Source: Candidatus Harrisonbacteria bacterium (GTDB lineage Bacteria > Patescibacteriota > Minisyncoccia > UBA6257 > 1-14-0-10-44-23). Taken from it: DNA of 64,000 nucleotides. Position numbers and translations under genes: made by a program. The stretch lies in the NCBI GenBank assembly GCA_023255625.1, contig JAHFLF010000001.1, forward strand, positions 431,771-495,770, written 5' to 3'. The notes under the pieces are model-generated. The model saw only the letters and a list, made by a program, of their open reading frames with translations. It was not told the origin of the DNA and did not search any database. Shown here piece by piece: positions 47,476 through 56,963 of the stretch (within the stretch, counting starts at the first letter, position 1; every line of letters starts with the position of its first letter).

Positions 47476-48630
47476 ATGTTTTCATATTCAATCAAAAAAG
47501 TTTTTATCGCCGGATTAGCGGCAGCAGCCGTGTTAGTCCCACTGGCGGTTTCTGCGCAATCAGTCGCCACGATACAGAGTAAGACCGGCGGCTGTATTTT
47601 CAATCGCGACATGACAATCGGTCTGCGCGGCGATGATGTGCAATGTTTGCAGGAGTATTTGATTAAGGGCGGATTCTTGAAAGTTTCAGCCACCGGATAC
47701 TTTGGTCTGCTCACGCGATCAGCGGTCATTAGCTGGCAAGCGGCGCATGCGGTTCTAGCGCGCGGCTACTTTGGTGCCATTTCGCGCGGCGTATATAACG
47801 GATATAATCAGCAGTCGACATTTGCTTTCGATAGTTATCAGACAAAAGAAAGCTGCGAGCAAGCCACCGGATATGAATGTGAGCCCTGGATGTGCGACTA
47901 TGTGCCACCGGGTAAAACATTCGCGCAGGTTTGTCCAAATGGCGGCAGTGGCTGGAGTCGGACGACGATTCGTAAGCCGGTTATCAGTACTCCTGTATGT
48001 GCTCAAGTCCTCAAGCAGTGCCCGGATGGTTCATTGGTTGGTTATGCGACTGGCACATGCCAATATCTTAGCTGTCCGCAGCCGACTACCGCGCCGACGA
48101 GCAGCGCCATTAATCAGCCGAGTATCAGTGGGGGAGCAGCAGTAAGCAGCGGATCTTTCGGCGGGCTTCTGAATCAAAAGCTGGCGGTTTTTTCGATCTC
48201 AAATTATGCCGGTGGTTCTGTGAAGATTTCCGATTTGTCATTCAAAAAAGATAAAAACACCGGTTTAATTTTGCAAAATTTAAGAGTGGTCATCGCCGGT
48301 AGTTTTGGCGGCAATCAATTTGGGGTTACTCAAACTGCCGTGATGGACGATGAGAAGATTGTTGTTACGGCTGTATATCCGGTTACGATTTCAAAAAGGC
48401 AAGCAATCACTGTAGAGGTTTACGCCGATATTCTGGCCGGATCATTGCCGAGTAAATACCTCTCCGTTATTGATCTGGTAGATTGGGGGGCAACCAAATC
48501 GAAAAGCGGTGCCTCGATCGCTTTCCCGGGCACCCAGCCCGGGCAGGATCTGCTGCTTTACGAAAAATATTCAACTTTAGAGGGATCTGTTCCGGCTGGA
48601 GTTAGTTTGACATCACTGGATGGATCCTAG
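47476..48630 (+). CDS. secreted peptidoglycan-binding domain protein
   Basis: signal peptide; F.RDMTIG.RGDDV..LQ..L, TGYFGLLTR.AV..WQ; Cys-rich middle segment. Confidence 0.8.
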   Translation: MFSYSIKKVFIAGLAAAAVLVPLAVSAQSVATIQSKTGGCIFNRDMTIGLRGDDVQCLQEYLIKGGFLKVSATGYFGLLTRSAVISWQAAHAVLARGYFGAISRGVYNGYNQQSTFAFDSYQTKESCEQATGYECEPWMCDYVPPGKTFAQVCPNGGSGWSRTTIRKPVISTPVCAQVLKQCPDGSLVGYATGTCQYLSCPQPTTAPTSSAINQPSISGGAAVSSGSFGGLLNQKLAVFSISNYAGGSVKISDLSFKKDKNTGLILQNLRVVIAGSFGGNQFGVTQTAVMDDEKIVVTAVYPVTISKRQAITVEVYADILAGSLPSKYLSVIDLVDWGATKSKSGASIAFPGTQPGQDLLLYEKYSTLEGSVPAGVSLTSLDGS

Positions 48631-48668
48631 AAATTCAAAACCCGCACTAGGCGGGTTTTGAATTTCTA
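48628..48668. terminator. bidirectional terminator
   Basis: tagaaattcaaaacccgc-actag-gcgggttttgaatttcta between convergent genes. Confidence 0.75.
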
Positions 48669-48672
48669 ACGA

Positions 48673-49152
48673 TTATTCTGCTAACCACCGCCGCAGTTTC
48701 GGCGAATTTGCACAACTCGGGAGATTCGCGCAACAATTGCCCAGACCCCAGACACGACCAGCACGCCAGCTGGCCAGTGTCAAAAGTCCAGCAGCATAGA
48801 TGATGTGCTCATCAACTAGCCAGCCATGAGCGATGACGAGGCCTGGTTCGAGTACCGGGAAGTAATATAACAGCATCAGAATCGCACCGGCAATTCCGCT
48901 GAATCTGACGAAGATGCCAAGAATAAGAGCGGCGCCGATCAGTGTGAGCCCCCATTCGTTAATGAAATCGACGAAGGGTAACATACTCGGACTAGCCAAC
49001 CAGCCATACAATCCGGAAAAAGTTTTTGCCGTAGTTAAGTAGCTGGCCGCACTCCAGGTCGGATTCATCAATTTAGTCAGACCGGCATAAAACAACAGCC
49101 AGCCGGTTGTGATCCGTAGAAGAAACAAAGACAATTTTTGAAAGTTAGACAT
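48673..49152 (-). CDS. DoxX family membrane protein
   Basis: LLRITTGWLLFYAGLTK, GLTLIG.ALILG, VDEHIIY. Confidence 0.85.
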   Translation of the reverse strand: MSNFQKLSLFLLRITTGWLLFYAGLTKLMNPTWSAASYLTTAKTFSGLYGWLASPSMLPFVDFINEWGLTLIGAALILGIFVRFSGIAGAILMLLYYFPVLEPGLVIAHGWLVDEHIIYAAGLLTLASWRAGRVWGLGNCCANLPSCANSPKLRRWLAE

Positions 49153-49173
49153 ATTTATAAGTTAGTTTGTAAT

Positions 49174-49272
49174 TTAGAGACCTGACTTAAAGTCGGCTGC
49201 CAGAAAACCGTGGCCGATAAATTCACCGGCAACGGCAATTCGTAAAATCCAATTGATGAGTTTTGTATTCAT
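49174..49272 (-). pseudogene. truncated membrane-protein gene fragment (DoxX-like N-terminus)
   Basis: MNTKLINWILRIAVAGEFIGHGFLAADFKSGL* ends after one TM. Confidence 0.4.
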
Positions 49273-49320
49273 ATTTGTTTCAATTAATTGCAAAACGACC
49301 TTTGAATAAATCTTATTTGA

Positions 49321-49632
49321 TTATATACGCGCTAATTTTCCATGCTGGCGCAGATTATGGAGAATCCGACATGGGTCAACAATCCGACGGTCGATAATTC
49401 GATAGTGGGCATTTTGTCCGCTGCGACGCACGGTAACCAGTCGCGCGTGGCGCAGCAGGGCAAGATGCTGCGAGAGATTGGATTTTGTTAAGCGCAGGAT
49501 GCCGCGCAATTCCTCAACTGCAAATTCGCGGATGCGGAGCAAATTTAAAATTTCCAGCCGCTTCGGGTTGGCCAGCACTTTATATACCTCCGCATTTTTT
49601 ATATAGGCCTCTTTGGGCAGCGGTGATTTCAT
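49321..49632 (-). CDS. ArsR/SmtB family transcriptional regulator
   Basis: YKVLANPKRLEIL, SNLSQHLALLR, RRSGQNAHY. Confidence 0.9.
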   Translation of the reverse strand: MKSPLPKEAYIKNAEVYKVLANPKRLEILNLLRIREFAVEELRGILRLTKSNLSQHLALLRHARLVTVRRSGQNAHYRIIDRRIVDPCRILHNLRQHGKLARI

Positions 49633-49706
49633 AGTTGCGCAACTCTGAAATTAGTATAGCATGCGGAATCCGGGGGAGGGTGTGGATAGCCGACTTAGGG
49701 CGCTGC

Positions 49707-50342
49707 TTAGACCCGTTTGTTTTTAGATTTCTGAACTTTTCTTGGGAAACCAATATAAGCTCGGATAGTCTTTTTGCCGCTAATTGCTAGGGCGACAGAT
49801 CTCATGCAACCATCATCAATATCACCTTTCATTTTTCGTTTGAGTCCTTTTCTGCCGCGCGTGCCAGTCCCGCCCTTGAAGATTATCGGAAACAAGTACT
49901 TCTCTTTTTGCAAAATATGTACATTCGTTTTCAGAATATTCGGAATGCTATACCTTGATCGCTTTTTCAAAATTTTTGGATCGTGTTCTAGCGCAGATTT
50001 TACATGTGCAGCAGTTTGGGCAAGGGAACCCTTGGTCCATGCAAGAGGCAACCCACCTGCTTTTTTCCAAACACCAATTTCATCTACTGATGCTGTACCA
50101 ATATACCAATCATAATCGTCGTAGGCCCTCAACCTTTTTGCCCACTCGTTTTTAATAATTCGGTTGAGGGTTGATATCGGCATCTTCAGAGCTTTTTTCT
50201 TTGCAGTTTTGAGTTTTCTCCTAAAGACATGCTCCGGTACAAGCGTCAGATGTTTTCTCCTGTCTTTTTTGGCGCTAATAAGATCGGCAACAACAAAAGC
50301 TCGCTTAACTTCGATGCCGTTTACTGATTCGAGGATTTTCAT
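49707..50342 (-). CDS. hypothetical basic protein
   Basis: long ORF with DDGCMRS motif; likely start MKILES. Confidence 0.65.
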   Translation of the reverse strand: MKILESVNGIEVKRAFVVADLISAKKDRRKHLTLVPEHVFRRKLKTAKKKALKMPISTLNRIIKNEWAKRLRAYDDYDWYIGTASVDEIGVWKKAGGLPLAWTKGSLAQTAAHVKSALEHDPKILKKRSRYSIPNILKTNVHILQKEKYLFPIIFKGGTGTRGRKGLKRKMKGDIDDGCMRSVALAISGKKTIRAYIGFPRKVQKSKNKRV

Positions 50343-50372
50343 GTGTTGGGATGTGGGGCGCTGCCCGACCAC

Positions 50373-50807
50373 TTATTTCCTGCGATTTACTGCGAGTTTG
50401 ATGATTTTTTCAAGCTCTTTTTCGTCGATATCGGAAAGTTTTTTGATATAGAGACATCCACCCCCTTCTTTATACTTACCTAATTTTAAGAGAAAATCGT
50501 TTTTCCCTTTATCTTCTTTCAAGCCATTGATGGTCATTTTGAAAATTTTTAAGCCATAGAGAGCAATGTTTTGTTTGCGTGGCGAAAGACCTATCATCAT
50601 CCACTCACCCTCTTTGCCGTTTGCGTAGGTGTACTTTTTGCGACCGAAACCGACGATTGATGTGCCCCACATTTCTGGCTTAGCCTTAGTTGCCCGCTCC
50701 ATCATTCCGGAAATGACGGAACAATCTTTGCGCTTCTCTATATCTTTGATTGTGCTCAAAAATTTCTTCACACTTACCTTATTCACTTTTGTTTTTAATT
50801 CTGGCAT
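50373..50807 (-). CDS. DUF1801 (YdhG-like) protein
   Basis: MWGTSIVGFG, GLSPRKQ, LGKYK.GGGCLYIKKLSDID. Confidence 0.85.
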   Translation of the reverse strand: MPELKTKVNKVSVKKFLSTIKDIEKRKDCSVISGMMERATKAKPEMWGTSIVGFGRKKYTYANGKEGEWMMIGLSPRKQNIALYGLKIFKMTINGLKEDKGKNDFLLKLGKYKEGGGCLYIKKLSDIDEKELEKIIKLAVNRRK

Positions 50808-50846
50808 AGATGATCTTTTGTTGACGATATGGGACGGAGCGGGAAT

Positions 50847-51461
50847 CTATTTGCTCGATAAAACCCCTAAGGCCTTAAGGTTTTCTATCAATGAGTCGTA
50901 ATCCTTAAAAAGGATAGGATGAAATCCAATCTCTTTTGAGGGCAATAGACTTTGCGGACTATCATCAATGAATATTAGTTCGTGCGGCGATACGCCAAGA
51001 TTTTTTGCGAATAATTCAAAAATTTGTCTGCTTGGTTTTTGCATGCCAACTTCTGCGGATACTATCAAGGTATCAAAATGTTTATCCAGCCCAATCGCAC
51101 GCATGTGAACCGCTGCTTCTTTGCGGTTATTACTTAAGAGTCCTACTTTGTAGTCTAGCGATCTCAGCTTATCAACAAGATCAAGCATCATCGGATCTAT
51201 CTCTGGCTCTGTGTGCGCTTGGAATTTTTTGAGAAGATCAGCAAATTTTTCCGGAACTCTTAATTTTTCTGTTAAAATTTTGGCAAAATTTTCAATTGAT
51301 ACTCCCTCAATGTTGATAAGATGGTTATTTTCAAAATACACTTTGCGCACTCTATCAACAGGGAGCTTAAGGGCAGAGGCGATGCCGTCAATATAACCAT
51401 AACCCACCATGCTTGTGGTCATTACACCTCCGTAATCAAATCCGATTGCTTTGAATTTCAT
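50847..51461 (-). CDS. HAD-superfamily hydrolase
   Basis: FDYGGV, LSN, KP, FIDD. Confidence 0.88.
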   Translation of the reverse strand: MKFKAIGFDYGGVMTTSMVGYGYIDGIASALKLPVDRVRKVYFENNHLINIEGVSIENFAKILTEKLRVPEKFADLLKKFQAHTEPEIDPMMLDLVDKLRSLDYKVGLLSNNRKEAAVHMRAIGLDKHFDTLIVSAEVGMQKPSRQIFELFAKNLGVSPHELIFIDDSPQSLLPSKEIGFHPILFKDYDSLIENLKALGVLSSK

Positions 51462-51623
51462 GCGTTGACCACGTCGGTTGCGGAGCTTTAGCTTCCAATC
51501 AGTATCCTCCTTCGCTTGATTCTAATCAAGCCCCTGAAGGACGCGATAAGCACCACGGTAACCTTTATTTGTATCTACAACGGGTCCTGGAAATTGAGCC
51601 GTAAAAATGATATAATTACAACT

Positions 51624-52175
51624 ATGACTACTATTGACGAAGATAGCAAAGAGCGGGCTTTAAAACTTTTTGGGAGCCCTGAAATTGAAGGTTTTGAATT
51701 GGGCACTCTGAAGGGGTTGCAGCAAATTCACACCTATCTTTTTGGCGGCCTTTATGATTTTGCCGGGCAGATTCGCAGTAAGGACATCAGCAAGGGCGGT
51801 TTTCGTTTTGCTTCACATTTATATTTAATAGAGAGTTTAGCAAAGGTGGAGAAAATGCCGGAGAGTAGTTTTGAGGATATTGTGGCTAAATATGTGGAGA
51901 TGAACATCGCTCATCCATTTATGGAGGGTAATGGGCGCAGTATGCGGATTTGGTTAGATTTGGTATTAAAAAAGAATCTGAAAAAGTGCATAGATTGGGC
52001 CAGAATCGACAAGCTGGATTATTTGAACGCAATGCAGCGAAGCCCAGTTAATAACCTAGAGATCCGAGAACTTTTGCGTGGGGCTTTAACTGAAAAAATC
52101 AACGACCGCGAAGTGTATATGAAGGGCACTGAGCAGTCCTACTATTACGAAGAGGTGGATTTGTATAAGGCGTAA
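51624..52175 (+). CDS. Fic family adenylyltransferase (class III-like, C-terminal inhibitory helix)
   Basis: [10 protein letters not shown] Fic motif; C-terminal SYYYEE. Confidence 0.9.
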   Translation: MTTIDEDSKERALKLFGSPEIEGFELGTLKGLQQIHTYLFGGLYDFAGQIRSKDISKGGFRFASHLYLIESLAKVEKMPESSFEDIVAKYVEMNIAHPFMEGNGRSMRIWLDLVLKKNLKKCIDWARIDKLDYLNAMQRSPVNNLEIRELLRGALTEKINDREVYMKGTEQSYYYEEVDLYKA

Positions 52176-52308
52176 AACCGGGTCAGTGCCGCTTTCGAAT
52201 CCATCTCCTTATTTGTAGAATATCGCAACAATCTGTCCGATGGAGCCGCTAAGATGTTGACGATCTGGGACGAAGTTGGAACATTTCTTAAAGAATCACT
52301 AAATGGAA

Positions 52309-52812
52309 TTACTTCAGCGCTCGTAATCCCTCAATATCACGAGCATCCCAATCGTCCCGCATGATCATCTCTTTATTCTTGATGATGAGATCCTTAGCCA
52401 TAAGCGGTAAGGAGAATCCGTGGAAATCAACCATTTCGACCGCAGGAAAACCTTGATCGTAAAAGGGTTTATAGTCTCCAAGCTCTTTGTCAAAAATCTT
52501 TAGATCGGCCATCGTACAAATATCGACAATCTGATTTGAGATGGTGATCTCCATATTGTAGTTATCGTAGGATTTGCTTACAAAGTGGATCAGTGGCTGC
52601 GTTATATAAGGACTGAGTTTCTTTATCATATCTGTGAACTTATGATCGTCTTTAGTTATGTCTATATCAATGTCGATATCAGTCAGTTTTCTTTTAACGC
52701 CATATACATAGCATGCGAAACCACCTGTGATCACCCATTTACTATCAAGCCCTTCTATTTCAGGGATTATTTTTGCAAGCGTATCACACGCTGCCTGTTC
52801 TTCGGAATTCAT
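52309..52812 (-). CDS. nucleotidyltransferase-superfamily protein
   Basis: WVITGGFA..YG..R..TDIDID, terminal D.RDI. Confidence 0.7.
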   Translation of the reverse strand: MNSEEQAACDTLAKIIPEIEGLDSKWVITGGFACYVYGVKRKLTDIDIDIDITKDDHKFTDMIKKLSPYITQPLIHFVSKSYDNYNMEITISNQIVDICTMADLKIFDKELGDYKPFYDQGFPAVEMVDFHGFSLPLMAKDLIIKNKEMIMRDDWDARDIEGLRALK

Positions 52813-52867
52813 TGTTAAATATTATCATTCATCGATGCGACTTGAGCGGAATAACACAGTTCATTTG

Positions 52868-52939
52868 TTGGGGGACAGGGACTCGAACCCCGAACTTCGC
52901 CTCCAGAGGGCGACGTGTTACCAATTGCACCATCCCCCA
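52868..52939 (-). tRNA. tRNA-Gln(CTG)
   Basis: TGGGGGATGGTGCAATTGGTAACAC..TCGCC CT CTG GA GGCGA..GGTTCGAGTCC..TCCCCCAA. Confidence 0.92.
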
Positions 52940-52988
52940 ATTGGTCAATGTATCTTAGGGTATTTCCGGAAAGAAATCAATTTTTTGT

Positions 52989-53028
52989 TGTACTATGCCC
53001 TTATTCGCGCGAATAAGGGCATAGTACA
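52989..53028. repeat. 40-bp perfect palindrome
   Basis: tgtactatgcccttattcgcgcgaataagggcatagtaca. Confidence 0.7.
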
Positions 53029-53094
53029 AATTGACCATGTCGTGCGTTTGGCGTAGGTTATGGAGACCGGACTCAAACTAACAAAGGAGGAGCA

Positions 53095-53721
53095 TTGCGC
53101 GCAGCATTCGCAATCATCGCTATGTTCCTAATGGTAGGAGCGAGCGGTTGGTGTTGCTACCGGATCTGGAGCAAGAAAGATCCGCCTCTTCCAATTACCA
53201 CCTGGCTCATCTTCAGTATGGTGGTGCCGGCCGTGGCTCTGGCGGCCGTACTACAAACAGGCATTGAGAGGTGGGGGAACGCGCAGGCGGTTGTCGACGC
53301 GATGTCAGTTGTCTGCGTGCTTGGTTTCATGCTGGGCACCGGGCATTACCGGATCGGCGTCAGCGCGCTGGAGCGGCGGGTCAACATTCTCTGTGTTGTA
53401 CTGGCGATCCTGGTTGTTGTCTATTGGTCATGTACCAGTGCACACCACTACGCTAATCTTGCGCTGCAGGGCGTGATGGTCGTGAGCTACATCCCGCTCT
53501 GGTTTGAGCTACTGACCGCGAAGCGGAATCCTTACCGGTTTGGTTTCTGGTTCACGCTGTTCATTCTTTCGGTGATCAGCTTCGAACCTGCCTACGAGGA
53601 TTGGTCGGAAAACGGTGAGACCATGCAGCTCTGGTACGCCGGGCGCGCCACCGTTTCGACTCTGTCGGTGCTATTCCTGATGCGGCGGCTCGTTCGCAGG
53701 GAGCAGCGCAACGCACTATGA
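53095..53721 (+). CDS. multi-TM membrane protein
   Basis: about 7 hydrophobic segments, AAGGAGG SD, TTG start, GC-rich, followed by the hairpin aggcccgct..agcgggcct. Confidence 0.7.
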   Translation: MRAAFAIIAMFLMVGASGWCCYRIWSKKDPPLPITTWLIFSMVVPAVALAAVLQTGIERWGNAQAVVDAMSVVCVLGFMLGTGHYRIGVSALERRVNILCVVLAILVVVYWSCTSAHHYANLALQGVMVVSYIPLWFELLTAKRNPYRFGFWFTLFILSVISFEPAYEDWSENGETMQLWYAGRATVSTLSVLFLMRRLVRREQRNAL

Positions 53722-53919
53722 GGCCCGCTTCGAGGAGCGGGCCTTGCGATTTTCAAAAGTAATCGCGAATGAAAAACCAGCGAAATATCGCGAATGGGAA
53801 GAGAAAGAGGTGCGTTTTTCGTGTTACAATAAAGGAGTTCCGGTTCTACCCGGCTTTTTCCTACTGGCCGCTGCTTATTTTTACTACTCCCTACCACCTA
53901 AAACCTATAACCTATCCCA

Positions 53920-55158
53920 ATGGCCGAAGGCGAAGCAAAAATAGACATGACAGTTATTGAGGCGGAGGTGCAAAAGCACCCTCCGTTTCGTTCGATTATT
54001 AAAATTGTCGATGCTCTGGTGGCACAGGCCTTTTTTGCCCGCAGTTCTGATATCCATCTTGATCCAGAGGAGAAGAAGTTGCGCGTCCGGTTTCGGATCG
54101 ATGGCGTGCTGCACGATATCTATTCATTTCCGAAAGAGCTGCATCAGGAAATTATTACCCGTATTAAAGTGCTGGCCGCGATGCGCACCGACGAGCACCA
54201 GGCCGCGCAGGATGGTCGCATGCGAATTGCAATTCCAGACAGCCCGCCGGTGGATGTGCGTGTTTCTATCACGCCGACTTATTTTGGCGAGAACTGCGTG
54301 ATGCGACTTTTAATCAGCCGCGCCGATGATTTTACGCTGAAGGATTTGGGCTTTTCCCCGCATAATTTAGCGATTATTGCCAAGGCCATGAAAAAGCCGT
54401 ATGGGCTGATGCTGGCGACCGGGCCGACCGGGTCTGGTAAGACGACGACTTTGTATATGATTCTTAAAGAATTAAATAAGCCGGAGATTTCGATTATCAC
54501 AATTGAAGATCCGATTGAGTATTCGCTGCCGGGCGTTGATCAAATCCAGGTTAACGCTAAAACCGGACTAACTTTTGCGAATGGTTTGCGTTCTATCTTG
54601 CGTCAGGATCCGAACACCGTGATGGTCGGTGAAATTCGTGATGGGGAGACGGCTTCGATTGCCGTAAACGCCGCCATGACCGGCCACCTGGTGCTTTCAA
54701 CTTTACATACTAACGATGCGCCAACTACCTTGCCGCGATTACTTGATTTAGGCGTTGAGCCATTCTTAATTGCCTCAACTTTGAATATCGCCATCGGTCA
54801 GCGTTTAGTGCGCACAATTTGCACTGATTGCAAAGTGAAAAAAGAATTAACCGATGTTGAACTTAAAACATTGACCGAGGCGTTCCCAGCGGAGTTGCTG
54901 CAGAATAACCGGGCTTTTTATCGGGGAGAGGGCTGCAAACGGTGCAGCAGCAGTGGTTATCGCGGTCGAGTTGGTATTCATGAGGTATTGGAGATTAACG
55001 AAGAACTGCGCGTTATGATCATGCGCCGGGCGAATGCCGACGAGATGCGTGCGGCGGCGATAAAACAAGGTATGATTACTATGACGGTAGATGGTTTTAA
55101 TAAGGCAGTTGCCGGACTAACGACTCTCGAAGAGGTGCTACGCGTGTTCCATGAGTAA
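53920..55158 (+). CDS. pilB: type IV pilus/T2SS assembly ATPase (PilB/GspE)
   Basis: SDIHLDP, RFRIDGVL, GPTGSGKTTT, LRQDP, GHLVLSTLHTN, CxxC pairs. Confidence 0.93.
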   Translation: MAEGEAKIDMTVIEAEVQKHPPFRSIIKIVDALVAQAFFARSSDIHLDPEEKKLRVRFRIDGVLHDIYSFPKELHQEIITRIKVLAAMRTDEHQAAQDGRMRIAIPDSPPVDVRVSITPTYFGENCVMRLLISRADDFTLKDLGFSPHNLAIIAKAMKKPYGLMLATGPTGSGKTTTLYMILKELNKPEISIITIEDPIEYSLPGVDQIQVNAKTGLTFANGLRSILRQDPNTVMVGEIRDGETASIAVNAAMTGHLVLSTLHTNDAPTTLPRLLDLGVEPFLIASTLNIAIGQRLVRTICTDCKVKKELTDVELKTLTEAFPAELLQNNRAFYRGEGCKRCSSSGYRGRVGIHEVLEINEELRVMIMRRANADEMRAAAIKQGMITMTVDGFNKAVAGLTTLEEVLRVFHE

Positions 55159-55690
55159 TCGCTAATATCGCAAATAAAGGGCAGGAATATCGCCAATGGA
55201 TGCATGATCAAGAAGTAATCGCTAATATCGCAAATAAAGGGCAGGAATATCGCCAATGGATACTGCTGAAAATACTCTTGTTTTCCCAGAATTAAGCTAT
55301 CAAGTTGTTGGAGCGGCTTTCGATGTATTTAACGAGCTTGGTTGGGGATATAAAGAAAAAGTATATGAGCAAGCTCTTTTGTTAGAGCTGCAAAAATTTA
55401 GGTTGCCGATACGATCTCAAGTTTACATTCCATTACAATATAAAGAAAATATAATCGGTAAGTTTTTCGCAGATATTATTGTTGACGATAAAATTTTGAT
55501 TGAGCTTAAGATTGTTTCGCAATTGGGTTATGTACATATCAAACAAATATATCCTTATCTAAAAGCTGCTAGGTTTAAACTGGGTATTTTGATATACTTT
55601 ACTAAAGATGGTGTTAAGTACAGGAGAATTTTGAATCCGGAAGTTTAATTTGCGATATTTTTAAATAATTAGCGATATTAGCGATTACTC
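55153..55690. mobile_element. inverted-repeat-bounded GxxExxY cassette 2
   Basis: 19-bp TIR gagtaatcgctaatatcgc / gcgatattagcgattactc; the left end overlaps the pilB last codon and stop; left arm duplicated with a 60-bp period. Confidence 0.75.
55256..55648 (+). CDS. GxxExxY protein
   Basis: GYKEKVY, ADIIVDDKILIELK, Q...YLKA, LGILIYF. Confidence 0.9.
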   Translation: MDTAENTLVFPELSYQVVGAAFDVFNELGWGYKEKVYEQALLLELQKFRLPIRSQVYIPLQYKENIIGKFFADIIVDDKILIELKIVSQLGYVHIKQIYPYLKAARFKLGILIYFTKDGVKYRRILNPEV

Positions 55691-55694
55691 CTTT

Positions 55695-56960
55695 ATGAAT
55701 GAAGAAATAATAAAACCAAAAGCAACACCGCAGTCGGCGGCGGAACCGGCTCAACAATCGGCCCTACGAGACGCCAATGAGGTTGTTCAGCAAAGTCCAG
55801 TGGCGCAGCCGGCGGCAGGTGAGGTTTCGGCCGGCCAGCAGGTGCGTGATGATGAACAGGGTGCGAAAAAAGTCAAAGGAAAATTTAGTTTCAAGTCTTT
55901 GTCCGGCATGAGTTTTTTGCGGGTCTCTCTGGAGGAAAGGGTACTTTTTGCCAGGCAGCTTTCTGTGGGGATTAAGGCCGGCCTTTCGATGCAGGACAGC
56001 TTGCAGTTGCTTGTTTCACAGACCAAGTCGGCTTCGCTCAAAAAAATTCTCAAAACTTTGTTGGATGATACAGCCAACGGAATGTATCTTTCAACGAGTT
56101 TAGACAAGTATGCGCAGATTTTTGGCCAGCTATTTATTAACATTGTCCGGGTTGGTGAACAAAGCGGTACGCTAATTGAAAATTTGACTTATCTGGCCGA
56201 GGAGCTCAAGAAAAAGCATGAACTAGTCAGCCGAGTTCGTGGAGCGCTGATTTACCCGGGTGTAATTTTATTTGCGACGATCGGCATCGTTGTAACCCTC
56301 ATGGTGGCCGTTTTTCCAAAAATCTTGCCGGTGTTTGCCGGGCTGAACATCAAGCTGCCCTTAAGTACCAGGATTTTGATTGCCTCGACCAATTTTTTAA
56401 CTACATATACTTTTTGGCTGATTATCGGCGTGCTGGTTTTTCTGGTCGCTATCTATTTTGTCGCCAGACAGGAGTGGTTCAAAAACTTTTTTGACCATGC
56501 GATCATGCATGTTCCGGTTTTCGGTTCGATGGTTATGAAGATCAATTTGGTAAACATTGCCCGTGTGCTCGGACTACTCCTAAAAAGCGGTTCGCAGATT
56601 ATTGAGGCGGTGAATATTACCGCCAGCGCTCTCGACAATCGCTATTATCGGCGCGAGCTCAAGACGGCGGGGGAGACGCTCCGGCGCGGTGATTTTTTCT
56701 CGGTTTACCTGGGCAAGAATCCCAATCTTTTCCCGCCGATTTTTACAAACATGATCCATGTTGGTGAAAACACCGGCAATCTTTCTGAAAACTTGGTTTA
56801 TCTGGCGACTTATTATGAAGAGGATGTAGACAATTTTCTAAAGAATTTAAACAGTATTATTGAGCCGGTTTTACTGCTCTTCATGGGACTGCTCGTTGGT
56901 TTCATGGCGCTTTCAGTTATTACGCCAATTTACTCGATTTCTCAATCACTGACCCTATAA
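55695..56960 (+). CDS. pilC: type IV pilus/T2SS platform protein (PilC/GspF)
   Basis: GEQSGTL, ALIYP, GENTGNL, IIEP. Confidence 0.92.
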   Translation: MNEEIIKPKATPQSAAEPAQQSALRDANEVVQQSPVAQPAAGEVSAGQQVRDDEQGAKKVKGKFSFKSLSGMSFLRVSLEERVLFARQLSVGIKAGLSMQDSLQLLVSQTKSASLKKILKTLLDDTANGMYLSTSLDKYAQIFGQLFINIVRVGEQSGTLIENLTYLAEELKKKHELVSRVRGALIYPGVILFATIGIVVTLMVAVFPKILPVFAGLNIKLPLSTRILIASTNFLTTYTFWLIIGVLVFLVAIYFVARQEWFKNFFDHAIMHVPVFGSMVMKINLVNIARVLGLLLKSGSQIIEAVNITASALDNRYYRRELKTAGETLRRGDFFSVYLGKNPNLFPPIFTNMIHVGENTGNLSENLVYLATYYEEDVDNFLKNLNSIIEPVLLLFMGLLVGFMALSVITPIYSISQSLTL

Positions 56961-56963
56961 CTT

